A DNA stretch of 64,000 nucleotides, taken from positions 37,418,265 to 37,482,264 of the forward strand of contig NC_069003.1 in assembly GCF_001194135.2 (NCBI RefSeq), read 5' to 3'. Made by a program: the position numbers and the translations under genes. Position 1 is the first letter of the stretch. Every line of letters begins with the position of its first letter. Of the stretch, positions 24,318-37,109 are shown piece by piece. The notes under the pieces were generated by a model. It did no database searches. It saw only the letters and a program-made list of their open reading frames with translations, and was not told the DNA's origin. The DNA comes from Octopus bimaculoides. Its lineage: Eukaryota.

Positions 24318-24442
24318 TTATTTAAAAGCAGCAGAAATATAACAAAAAAACCGTTACTCTGAGTTTCACGTTCCCGATGAACGGGAACGTGAAACTCAGA
24401 GTAACGTTTTTTTTGTTATATTTCTGCTGCTTTTAAATAAAG
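24316..24442. repeat. Near-perfect palindrome, 61-bp arms, 5-nt loop
   Basis: ctttatttaaaagcagcagaaatataac...ttcccg atgaa cgggaa...gttatatttctgctgcttttaaataaag; one mismatch seen. Confidence 0.9.
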
Positions 24443-24512
24443 CATATTACTCTACCTCTGGTATTTGAGTACTCTTTTTTCCACCTTGTTGCACATTTTA
24501 TGTGCTTACTCC

Positions 24513-24565
<53 letters not shown>

Positions 24566-27500
24566 ACACACTCACACACACACACAAACACACATACATA
24601 TAGACATATACATCTGGCTGTAGAAAGTGGGAAAAGGTTGCTTAATGTATGTAGTGGTGGTTTTTATTTCTTCTTCCAAATCTTACGAGATTCAATTTGT
24701 TGTTGCTCCTCATGCCCGAATCAAGGACAGCACCAATCATCAGAGTTTGGTCGGGTTTAGGAAATCGAAACCTATTAGGGATTCAAACTTCAATGGATTC
24801 TTCTCTGGAGAGTAGGAGCCCTTATATTATTTTAGGGAACACAAACAGCAAGAGAATCTTAACTGGTAATGAAATATCTGGGGACACTATAATTTAGATG
24901 AAGGAAGATGAGGAGGTGGAGCAGTTTCAGGATGTGCAAGTATATGTTCCTTAAAGAGACAGAAGTAATAAACTCAATACTGATGAAAGTTTCAACAACA
25001 GAAACAACAACAACAGTCCCTACAATAGTGAGTGCTGTGGAATGATCCAAAAAGAAGCAAGAAAACAGCTGAAACAGCAGAACCTATAAATATGCATTGC
25101 ATCCAGGAAATAGTACTAATACATACCACACGCACACGCACACGCACACATGTGTGCGTGTGTGCAGGAAACACTCTCAGCTCAGTAAAAGATTCAAAAC
25201 TAAAACACTGCACATAGCCGAGGTACATAGAGCTTGCTTGGTAGTGAGAGCAATAGAAATAAGAGGGCTTAGTATCATCATCATCATCATCATCGTTGTC
25301 ATCATTATCATTGTCGTCATCATCATCATCATCAATGTCCATTTTCCCATGCTTACATGAGTTAGATGGAATTTGTTGCATCAGATTTCCCACTGGATAC
25401 TCCACCAGTTACCAAACCTCACTTGCTTCCAAGTAATGTAATATTTTCCTCTTGAGCAGACATGTTTCCCGGATGACTGGAAATTAATGACACTGTTTGT
25501 ATGATGTTGGCAATTGATTTTACCTTTATGACATGATGCCCAGTTGATGAGGCGCGCACACACACACACACAGAGACACACACACACACACACACACACA
25601 CATATTAATGGTTTTCTTTCAGTTTCCAGTTACCAAATCCACAAACAAAGAGGCTTTGGTTGACCAAGGGCTATAGTAGAAGAAATATACTCAAAGGGCA
25701 ACATTGTGGGATTGAATCTAAAATCACATGGTTGGGAAGAAAACTTCTTGGTCACTCAGTCATGATGACAGCAATGATGATGATGACGACGATGATGATG
25801 ATTTTGGTACCCAGAAACAAACTTGTAGTGAAAGGGCAAAGTTGAGACTATTTCCCAAATGTATTAGTGGCAATGATATCTATTTATTGATTCTGGAGGG
25901 ATGAAAGTCAAATTTGAACATGGAAATTGAAAAGATAACTAAATATTATTTCTAATGTTGGCAGAAGAATACACATTTGAGAAGCTACAAGGAAATAAAT
26001 TTACACACACACACACACACATATAATATATATATTTATATATATAATTTATTTCCCTTCTAGTACATATGCAAGAAAATGAGGAAGCCCCCACATGCTC
26101 AGCAAAGTTTCTGGAAACAGTAGCCAAATATATGTCAATTATTATTATTAGTGTGTGTGTGTGTGAGAGAGAGAAAGAGACAGAGAGACAGAGAGAAAGA
26201 TAAAGGATCAACTAATTCCAGGTAACTTTCCAAGCAATTTCAAAGGCTTTATTTCATCGGTGCAGGCATGGTTAACAAGTTAAATTCCCAACCACATGGT
26301 TTTGGGTTCAGTCCCACTTTGTGGCACTTTGGGCAAATCTTTTTACCATAGCCCCAGGTTGACCAAAGCCTTGTGAGTGGATTTGGTTGGGAGAAACTGA
26401 AAGAAGCTCATCATATATTTGTGTGTTCGTGTTTATGTCTCATTGTCTTGATATCACATGATAGCTGCAAACAAGCATCACCGTGTTAGAAGCAGTGTCA
26501 TTAGTTTCCAAGCTTTCGTGAAAACATGTCTCGTTAAGGGGAAATATTACATTACCTGGAAACAGGTGAGATTTGGTGACTGGAAGGGCGTTCCAGCTTT
26601 AGAAAATCTGCCCCAACAAATTCCATCCAACCCATGCAGACATGGAAAACTGGACAATAAAATGATGATGATTGTGATTGTGATGATGGTGATATTTAAA
26701 AGGAAGGAAATACTGGATAATGTAGACCTTGATGTGCAAAAGGACAGATGGTCAAACTTGGAGTGTCTTTGATCATAAGATCTGCTCAATCAGGCTAACC
26801 TGGGTCTAAACAACAGCAACAATACTTGGACTTAATTTCTTGACTCAAAGACAACTGCCAGTGAGATCTGAACCCAGAATGTATAGGGGCCATAATGTTA
26901 AAGAAGGAGGAAACTCCATCCTACCAAAATGTTAGTCTTTCAATATTGATGTGATTTTTTTCTTAATTGTGTTGTTTTGCTATTTCTTTCTTATTGGCTG
27001 CCATGTCATGTCATGCCCTGCTGTCTGTCCAAGGAGGATGAAGTGTTCTTACCGTGAAAAACCTATTGATGTCAAGATTCCAGATGAAGATGTTGTTATT
27101 GTGGTATCTAATTGTAAACAAACACCCCAACAGAATTGTTGCATTACCATGAAACGAAATCAGAAGTAAAAAGGAAATGGCTAATAACGGATAATAAAAG
27201 AATATAACAATAACAACAGCACTAGTATTTGTTTGAAATCTATGTATTCGTCTCTTTCTCTCACTTCGTCTCTCGTCACCTTTCTCTCTTCACATACAGA
27301 CATGACTGTAAGTATATATGTCTATGTGTGTGTGTGTGTGTGTGTATATTTAGTATTAGCTGAAGCTTTGTCATCTCTCATCACTCAGAATATCTTCCCT
27401 GGAAGCAATCCTCAGATGAGGACAGTGGATGGTGCTTCAGTATGTTTGGATGATACAGCAAGATTTCAACTTGTTGCAAGCTTCCAGTTTATGACTTGTT

Positions 27501-27961
27501 TTAGAACTCCTGCAATCTCTGTATTGAGGAAAATTCTCCAAATACTAACTAAAACCAAAAATCTTGAAAAATTATAAATAGGGAATCTGAATTAATCCTC
27601 AAGTGTCATCATAAGAAAAAACTTTAATTATGACAAAGCATTCAAATTAGATTAAGCTAACATTCTGTTGACAGTGAGACCTGGATGCTGAAAACAAAAT
27701 GCCTGATTCATGCTATACCAACTAAACTACTCAAAAATTGTCATCTCTAATCATTTCTGTCTGAGAGCTGTTTCTAGACAAGAAACACTGAGCAATGAGA
27801 TGTGAAGTGGCCTGAGCTAATAATATACAGAATAAATTCAGAGTACAGACATACTGAGTTCTATTCTCAATTAGTCTCTAAGAAGCATTTGCAGGCACAA
27901 CCAAGTAATAACACACATGCTCAGATATATACACATGCAACATACACGCACACATACACAC

Positions 27962-28007
<46 letters not shown>

Positions 28008-28221
28008 CACACACATACATAAAAGCTTTGCACTGATTAAAGTACAGCCAAGCTTGGCTCATATGTTCTTCAATAAAGCATCTTTAACAAAGCTTTTAAA
28101 TCACATTTACTCTTTTAAAATAGATATATTGAAATTTACTCCATGTATTATGTTTTTTGTTTAGTCTAAGCCTCTTTCTTTTATCTAATTAAGAAACAAT
28201 CAATATATATATAATTACATG

Positions 28222-28317
<96 letters not shown>

Positions 28318-28406
28318 TATATACATATGTATATATGTATGTATGTGTATGTTTGTGTATGTATATATATCTGTGTGTATATACATATGTGTGTGTATGT
28401 ATATGT

Positions 28407-28865
28407 ATCATCATCATCATTGTTTAACATCTGTTTTCCATGCTGGCATGGGTTGGATGGTTTGACTGAGGGCTGGCTCCAACCTGATTTGGCAAAGTTT
28501 CTACAGCTGGATGCCCTTCCTAATGCCAACCACTCCGAGAGTGTAGTGGGTGCTTTTTACATGCCGCCGGCACGAGACCCAGTCAGGTGGGCCTAGCATC
28601 GATCATGTTCGGATACTACTTTTTACATGCCGCTGGCACAGGAGCCAGTTAGGGGACACTGGCATTGACCACGTTTGGATGATAAATTTTATGTGCCACT
28701 GGAATGGAAGCCACTCAGGGAGCACTGGCCACAGCTACGATTTTGGTTTTACTTGACTCAACAGGTCTTCTCAAGCTTATCACATTGCCCAATGCATCAA
28801 GGGTACTGTTAAATGGGCTGGACTTGCAATACTGGCATCGGCCATGGCTGCGATCTCACTTTAGT
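28407..28865 (-). mobile_element. RTE-X-tail-related SINE/LINE 3' end with internal tandem subrepeats (related copies near 7900-8140, 21620-21840, 30360-30620, 45440-45600, 60205-60465, 61505-61680)
   Basis: (CAT)n, ccatgctggcatgggttgg, ctggatgcccttcctaatgccaacc, repeated ttttacatgcc...ggcac blocks. Confidence 0.7.
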
Positions 28866-28867
28866 TG

Positions 28868-28909
<42 letters not shown>

Positions 28910-31275
28910 CATACATATACCGTTTAATAATCTGAATGGAGGCAATACAAGCAGAAACTAGAGAAACATAATTAATAACCACACACAAAATCCAATATAT
29001 ACACATATATATATATATATATATATATATTCTTCTACATTTATAACACTGGTATAAAAATGCATCAGAATGAAATACCTGATGAAGAACAGAGGTCAAT
29101 TGAAATGTAGCAAAATAAACTATCAAAAAACAATTAAGTTCTCAAAACGAGGCTGGAAGTCTCAAATATAATCTTCAAACGAGCAATAACTCATCCCATA
29201 CATTTAACATTTAATCAGTAAAAAAGTGACACTAGTAAGACACTAGTAAGACACTAGTAAGACCATTGTGAGACCATTGTGAGACCATTGTGAGCTGTGG
29301 AATGGATCGTTCAACGCTATCAAACGTATTACTTGCACATCTCCAGCCATAAGAAAAGAAAATATAATATAGAAAGCATTTGTAAATATCTTGCCGAAAA
29401 GGATTAAAAAAGAAAGTAAAAAAAAGGTGGGGAAAGTGCAGGAGACCATTCTATGATTACTGTGTTTATGGAGATTATTTCACAGTTAGATTATTAGGAA
29501 TAGGAAAGACGTCTAATTGTAAAACAACTGCTTTAACAAAGGCTAAAATAAAAATCTAGAAAAATAGATATAAAACAGGGGCCTTCCAGAATTGAACCAA
29601 CACACCTCATTACCTCTCACCTTGTATCCATCGGACTTGGTTCTTGATAACAGTCTCTCAAAGCTGAAGAATATGTCTGTCTGGTAAGAAATATTGTTCA
29701 ATATGGAATGGACTGATGAACATGCCGGACATCACATGCTGCTTTTAATGTGTTCAGAGTTCAGATCTAATGACTAAAGTCCTAGACAACTAACGTGTGC
29801 CCTTGACTGAAACTGATTACTAGAATGGCTTCTCCAGACCCCGTATACAATGTAAGATAACAGATAATTAGTTAAATCTATAGTTTTACCCCAGCTGGAG
29901 TTATTTAATTCCCCCCCCCCCCCATGGTAACTACTTTCAACTTGATGGAGTGGTCCAATTAAGAGTTTACCTTGGAAACATTGAAAAGTCACTGACAGGA
30001 TGTAAACATCTGGTTGGTTGTCCAGTATTCTGGCCATCTGTGCATTCATGTTCTCTGGACATTGTAGTTTGTTCATTTGTTTTACATCTGTTTTTCCATG
30101 CTTTCATGGGTTGGACAAATATGTTGAAGAATTGTTTTGAAGCTGGATGTCCTTCCTGGCACTGACACTCACCTGGTTTTCCAGTAAATGTTTTGTTAAT
30201 TCTAATCCATAAGCTTTGAAGGCACAAAGTGTCCAAATGTTTTGTTGACAGGTGGAGCTGACAACACCACCATCTGCTGCACTGTCACACAAGTGATTAC
30301 AGACGTAAACAAACGTACAGACATCAATGAATATGCATGTGTGTGTGTGTGTACATGCACTCACATCATCATCATCATAATATTTGTATGGATCAGATAG
30401 AATTCTTTGAGGCAGATTTTCTATGGCTGGATGCCCTTCCAATTGCCAATCCTCACCTGTTTCTAAGCAAGGTAATACTCTTCCAGAGCTTGACATTTTT
30501 TCCCCAGAAGATTGGTAATGACGAAGTACACCACTTGTATGATGGTGAAGCTCATCTACAGCCATCATGTGATGTGAAGACTAGTAGACACAATCAGACA
30601 CACATGCACACACACTTGCAGATATTTTCTTTCAGTTTCCATCATTCAAATCTACCTACAAGGCTTTGTTAAAAGACACCTGCCCAAGGTGCTGCAGAGT
30701 GGGTCTAAATCCAAAACTATGTGGTTGACAAATGAACTTCTGGATCACATTGCTGTGTTTGATTGCTTTTTAATTTCATCTATGACTTTCTTCCTTTTCA
30801 GGTCAATGTACCACTTGTAGGCAGTGCATTAACAAGAACAGTAATCCCCTCAGACCTGGTGCCATGTGCTATTTGTCCTGGTTCTTGTCTTAATTAGTTC
30901 AAATCTTGGCATGGCCTACTTAGGTGCTTAGGTAATAGATTTAATCCATTCTATAGTTCAGTACTCCCATCCAGCACCTTGGATGACCGAAGTGAAGTCT
31001 ATTGTTTTGCAAGTATTTGAGCCTGGTTTCCAGTTTGAGGATACTATCCTCTAACCCTTCCATAAGTTTGAGGGACCTCATAAAAGTCATGGGTTCTATT
31101 TTTTCTTGAGGAAGATTAAAAATAGAAAAAGTCAGAATTGTAAACAGAAATATTTGAAGCCATGAGTGTCACAACATCTCACTGCCTCCCTTTGCAACTA
31201 TAATATTGTGTGCTTAGTGAAAAAACAAAACAAAACTAATCAATCCTATGTGTGAACTTCTTCAATTGACTACAG

Positions 31276-31461
31276 AGCCAAGAAAAGAACCTAAAAGTAC
31301 AGAGAACGCCAGTGTGCAAACTGTTAAGATAGGTGATGTTGCCAATTCACCGAAGACACAAAATGATACCCAGAGGGAAACGAAACCAGGTGTTTTACCA
31401 ATCCATATCAATGTGACCATGCCTCACATCTGTCAACCGACAACAGACAAACCCACTCCAG
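31276..31461 (+). CDS. Gene B repeat exon 3 (ENASVQTV; PIHINVTMPHIC)
   Basis: gactacAG|agcca ... actccag|GTaagt; 186 nt, phase 1-1. Confidence 0.8.
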
Positions 31462-32779
31462 GTAAGTAAATCACTGATCGATCTCTCTCTCTCTCTCTCT
31501 GATTGTGTCAACCATCAACAGCTCAAACTGACTCCTGGGAGGTAAATCACTGGTCTCTCTGATTGTGTATCTGCTTGTCTGTGAATTTGTTTGATTACCT
31601 CTTTAATCATCTGACCATCAACTTGACTGTCTGTCTGACATCAGCTCTTGAAGAAATGTTGACAGTTGTCTATGGTTTGTTTCACTTTGACTTCTGTATA
31701 CTTCATGTCAAGCTATTTGGCCCCTGACACCCAACGAATAGTTTGTTGTTGTTGACAACCTCTGAATTCAACCTTTATTGAGTAGAATGATGATCAAGAG
31801 CATTCCTGCAATAGTAATACTGTCCTTTCCTCACCTCCCGCCCCAACAGGGACCTGGCAATTAGAGTGCTGTTAGTGATATTTGGCCCCTTATCACTTCT
31901 GACTAAGCAGTTCTATTATCAGAACAATTCAAGTTCAAATCATCTCATCTTTTTCTTATTTAAAATGGAAGAAGTGATTTTTGAGGAAGATTTAGCTGCT
32001 CTTTCTAGAAAGAGAGGTTAATCATACAAAGAAACTTTTGTCGGTTTATGGGATTTACGGAATCAAACATGAATAGTGGATAAAAAGACACATTGAAGAC
32101 AAGGAAATTCCTGGTGGAGATCCTAGGTTTGATAGAATTATAACAGAACAGTGGTTCCCAACCAAATGCATGAACCCTTGGGGTTTCAGAAGATAGTATT
32201 TAGGGTCCATGAGCTGAGTTTAAATGGTTGCAGTGCAAAATGTCTAATTACTCACTATAAGGTTCATAAAAAATATGCCTAGAACTTTATACAGTTCTAG
32301 TCCAAGGTTAACTTTGACCGGGTTCACAGCACAAGATAGAAGACTTCTGGATATGCAGTAACTGTAGCTGTGTGTTTGTTTGATTTCTGAATTTTGACAA
32401 TTGAATTAGGAAAGGTATTAATGATATAGCAAGGTTTGAAACTGTTGCTATGAATATTGTATATTGTGAATATGGCATATGACATTCCATCTTGTGCATG
32501 CTCATCCAGAAATTGCTTACAAGTGATATGAACATGAGACATAATGTTTTCACTGGCCTTAATTTAAAGGATCACATGTAAACACCAAATATTTTAATAA
32601 ACTCTGTATGATACATGAATATTTATGAATTATTCTCTTCATAACAGTTTTGACATCAGTAAAAATTCTTTATATACCTGGCTAAAATTCTTTATGCATC
32701 TGACCATGGAAATCCATCTAGGTTAAATGAAAAAAATTCTAGTTTAAGTTTTATGAAATGGATAACTTATAAATCTTGT

Positions 32780-33260
32780 GACAAGTACATATCTTTTGGA
32801 TTTCTATACAGCTACCATAAAGTTGAAAAAAAGCCACATTGTGTTGTGTTTTATGAAGCATTGTCCAACGACAGCATGAAGCCAACCAAATGTGACTGAC
32901 ATTTAAAACTAAGCATAAAGGAAACAATGAATATTTTCCAAGATTGCAGAAACTACTTTGACAACAAAAGTCAATGGAAAAACTTGTAACTGACTGATAA
33001 TAAAAATACTGTTTATGTTGTATGATGTGTCTCTTTTAATAGCAATGAGTGGAAACTACACACAACAGCAAAGGAACTAATTCTGCCTGCTGCCAAAGCA
33101 ATTACCACCAGAATACATGGAAACAAAGTAGGAAGGAATCATGATAGGATTCCATTACCAAACAGCACTGAAGCAGCATTGATAAAAGACATGTCTGATA
33201 TTCATAAAAATTAGTGAAAAGAGTAATTAAAAGTGAAAAGTATTTGTTATGATTAGGTAT
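32780..33260 (+). mobile_element. Decayed hAT (Charlie/Buster, ZBED5/8-like) transposase fragment
   Basis: Frameshifted remnants of LSNDSMKPxKLxRHL, SYxVSLLIAxxGKPHT and ELILPAAK; boundaries approximate. Confidence 0.5.
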
Positions 33261-33486
33261 TTCTAATTGTGACAATTTAGCTTGTATTCCTAGTATGGAT
33301 TTTGAAATAGAATTAACAAATAGTTTATGTTTTGCCAATCATTCTAATCCACCACATACAACTGATTCATTATTGTAAGTAGGAATATTTCAGGTCATGT
33401 GTGTCACTACTTCACACTGTCTCTCCTTTTAAAGCTAAAAAATGTGACTAATCAAAAAATATTAATTAATGCTTCTTTAATTTCAG

Positions 33487-33609
33487 CTGCATCACAGCCA
33501 GACACTGCAGCAGAGCAAAAAAAGAAGCCTGCACTTAAGGAAATCAGTGTGCAAACTGATGATATGGTTGCTGACACAAAGGAAGATGTGGCCCCTGAGA
33601 CCACTCCAG
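33487..33609 (+). CDS. Gene B repeat exon 4 (KEISVQTD)
   Basis: ttaatttcAG|ctgca ... actccag|GTagcg; 123 nt, phase 1-1. Confidence 0.8.
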
Positions 33610-33897
33610 GTAGCGAAACTTATGAGTTCTCTATTTGACTAAAACCTTGTATATCCATCAGTTTGTGTGATTGCCTCTTTGATCCTCTGACTGCCAGCTC
33701 AAACCATTTGACTGCCTCTCCAATGGACTATCAATCTATTTGTCGGACATCAGCTTCATTGTCTCTCTGTCTGTCTGATCAATTATGTTTGCCTGCATAC
33801 CTGCCTGCCAGTCTTATTGTGTAACAATCTAATTACACTGTAACACATTTTGTTTTTGAATAAACTAATTACTGCTATGTGTAATCTTTAATTTCAG

Positions 33898-34020
33898 CTG
33901 CATCACAGCCAGACACTGCAGCAGAGCAAAAAAAGAAGCCTGCACTTAAGGAAATCGGTGTGCAAACTGATGATATGGGTGCTGACACAAAGGAAGATGT
34001 GGCCCCTGAGACCACTCCAG
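33898..34020 (+). CDS. Gene B repeat exon 5 (KEIGVQTD), near-identical to exon 4
   Basis: Same splice sites as exon 4; 123 nt; two substitutions seen relative to exon 4. Confidence 0.8.
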
Positions 34021-34298
34021 GTAGCGAAACTTATGAGTACTCTATTTGATTAAAACCTTGTATATCCATCAGTTTGTGTGATTGCCTCTTTAATCCTCTG
34101 ACTGCCTCTCCAATGGACTATCAATCTATTTGTTTGTCTGACATCAGCTTCATTGTCTCTCTGTCTGTCTGATTGATTATCTGTTTGCCTGCATACCTGC
34201 CTGCCAGTCTTATTGTGTAACAATCTAATTACACTTTGTAACACATTTTGTTCCTGAATAAACTAATTACTGTTATGTGTAATCTTCTTTAATTTCAG

Positions 34299-34445
34299 CT
34301 GCATCACAGCCAGACACTGCAGCAGAGCAACAAAAGAAGCCTGCACTTAAGGAAATCGGTGTGCAAACTGATGATATGGGTGCTGACACAAAGAAAGACA
34401 TGCACCCACCATTAACAGTTCAACTTATCGTAGAAGAGAGTCCAG
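34299..34445 (+). CDS. Gene B repeat exon 6 (KEIGVQTD, divergent 3' end)
   Basis: ttaatttcAG|ctgca ... agtccag|GTaact; 147 nt, phase 1-1. Confidence 0.8.
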
Positions 34446-35504
34446 GTAACTAAGCTGCTGTGTTCTCTATTTCACTAAAACCTTGTATATCCATCAGTTT
34501 GTGTGATTGCCTCTTTGATCATCCAACTGCCAGCTCAATCATTTGACTACCTCTCCAATGGACTATCAATCTATTTGTCTGTCTGATTGTCTGATCGATT
34601 ATCTGTTTGCCTGCATACCTGCCTGCCAGTCTCATTGTCTAACAATCTAATTACACTTTGTAACACATTTTGTTCCCAAATTGTGTTATTTGCTTATTGC
34701 TTATGATGAAAAAGTATAGAAAATAGTTGCCTTTTCCTTCAAACTTTACTCTTGCAACCTGTTTGATGAGATTTTGAAATTTACCTATTTTTTTCTGTGG
34801 GAAAAACGAGTGTATTTATACATTTTCATTCGCATAAGATCAGAAAAATCAACAGATGAATCAACTTTAACATGTACATACGGTTAGGTTATATAAAAGC
34901 GAACACAAAAGTTCAAAAGTGAGTGGAATTGAAATATAAATTACTTTCAGATTCAGCCTCAAAAAAATCTCCCCAGTTTTCATTATATGCTCCATGCTAG
35001 CAGTGTTCAAAGTCCAGGATATCCTAATTAAATCACTTGCCTTACTTCATTAAGTATGTCTCCTTATTCTCTCCTTCAGTTTATCAAGATGGGCAAAAGT
35101 AGAATTGAACTAAGAATTGTAAGATAACAAACCATTTGTTAATTCTTACAGAAACTAAAGCAATGTTTCTGCCCCGTAGTAAACTACTTTCAGCTGAATG
35201 GAGTGGGTCAATTGAGAGTTTAGTATCATTGTCATAGAGACAATGAAATACCAGTGTCAAGGAATAAGTCACTGACCTCAGATTGGTTGTCCAGTATTTT
35301 GGCCATCTACACATTCATGTTGTCTGCACTTTGTGGTTAATCAAAAAAAAAATCACTCCTGACACTTTTATCCTTCTTCAACCTCATTACATTAGCTAGG
35401 GATCCCACATTGTATATTAAAAAACCCTTAATTACAATTATAGAGCATTGGGGGTTGGTAAATAAGAAGTAATCAGTGCTATGTTTGACTTTCTTTAATT
35501 TCAG

Positions 35505-35738
35505 CCACAGCAGGGTCAGCAGAGACCCTTGAGCCACAAAAAGAGGGTAAACCTGTTGAAACTGTAAGTGTACAGACTGAGGAGACAGCTGCTGACAGAG
35601 AAAAGCCAGTACTGTACGATATCAACATCCAAGAACATGCACGGCCAGAAAATACGCCACTTCGTATCAATTTCAACCTGCCTCAGCATACTTGTCCAAA
35701 ATCAGCAGCTGAACCTCCTTCAGATGAGGAATCTCAAG
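35505..35738 (+). CDS. Gene B repeat exon 7 (ETVSVQTE; PLRINFNLPQHTC)
   Basis: ttaatttcAG|ccaca ... tctcaag|GTattt; 234 nt, phase 1-1, open. Confidence 0.8.
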
Positions 35739-36224
35739 GTATTTATTCCATTGGTCTCTCTGTCTGATTGTGTGTCTGTATTATCATATAAGTGTCAAAA
35801 ATATATTATTGTAAAGTGCCTTCACAGTTTTAAAAGGATTCTATCACTGTATTGCATGAGATGGAGATTTTTGTGAACAGATCTGCCAGAAATTGCTCAA
35901 AATTGTACATCTCCAAATAAATCACCAACCTTTTAATGAGCACCTTTGCCAAAATCTTAAAATTCTTGTTGAGTTGGGCTTTAGGTATGAAGTTGTATAT
36001 AATAGTCATTGCGTCATCCTTCACAACTATTGTCCTTAGCTGTTTAGTCCAAAATCTGTTTTTATTTCAGAAATACCACTTCAACCAGACATCCAAATTT
36101 TATATAGAAATGCTGAAAGTAATGAATGTTACCATGTACCATTGTCTTATCTTTTTATAATTATAGGAGACAAAAAAAACTAATCAATGCTATGTTTGAC
36201 TTTCTTAAATTTCATCTCCACCAG

Positions 36225-36425
36225 AATCCTCTGACTCACAAAATGAAGATGAAGTTACTGATGGTGTGGGTGTACAAACTATTGAGACAGGTGATGATAG
36301 GCCGAAACCAGTGCAGTACAAGATCAACATCCAAGAACACAAGCGCCCAGCTACCTCACCACTCCATATTACTCTGAACCAACCTCGTCATACCTGTCCA
36401 GCATCAACAGTTCAATCCCCTCCAG
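36225..36425 (+). CDS. Gene B repeat exon 8 (DGVGVQTI; PLHITLNQPRHTC)
   Basis: ctccaccAG|aatcc ... cctccag|GTaaca; 201 nt, phase 1-1. Confidence 0.8.
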
Positions 36426-36868
36426 GTAACATTTGGATTCTCAGTCCAATTTTGGGTCAGTCAGTTTGTCTGTTTGTTTGATCATCTGACCACCAGCTTC
36501 ATTGTTTGTATAACTGTCTATCAATCTGTTGATTCATCTGATATCAGCTCAGTTGTTCAACTATACACATCTGTTTAACCTTCACTTATACAAGTGTTGG
36601 GAATAATAAAAAAAAAATCATTAAAAAAAAATAGATAAACTACAAAATACAAAATCATCAACACAAATATTTCGAGAAAGGGCAGAGATATTTTCTTTCT
36701 AAAGGACTCATGGTGATGACTTCACAGTTAAGGATTGGGGAAATATCCAGGTGTAAAAATGTCTGCCCGCCCCAACCAAAAAAAAGAACTTAAATGCGGA
36801 TAGTGAGAGAGAGATATAAAGCACTAAAATAAAATAAAAAATTAACTTAAAAACTTGCTTAATTTCAG

Positions 36869-37087
36869 CTACACCACAGCCTGCCAAAAAACCTAAAATT
36901 ATGAAGGACCTGAGTGTGCAGACAGGTGAGAATGGTGCTGAAAAGTCAAGCCCAAACCAGTACCAGTTCAATATCCCAAAACAGTCAGGCCTGGAATCCT
37001 CACCAATACGTATCCATGTGAATGTACCTCCTCATGACTGTCAATCGCCATCAACAGTTAAACGGCCATCAGTCAGAGACATCTCAG
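36869..37087 (+). CDS. Gene B repeat exon 9 (KDLSVQTG; PIRIHVNVPPHDC)
   Basis: ttaatttcAG|ctaca ... atctcag|GTaagt; 219 nt, phase 1-1. Confidence 0.85.
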
Positions 37088-37109
37088 GTAAGTAAATTGG
37101 TCCAGTCCA

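Noticed and set aside
19400-37030. PLHITL/PIRIHV read as calcineurin PxIxIT docking sites
   Set aside because: Wrong register: hydrophobic residues fall at positions 2, 4 and 6 rather than 3 and 5.
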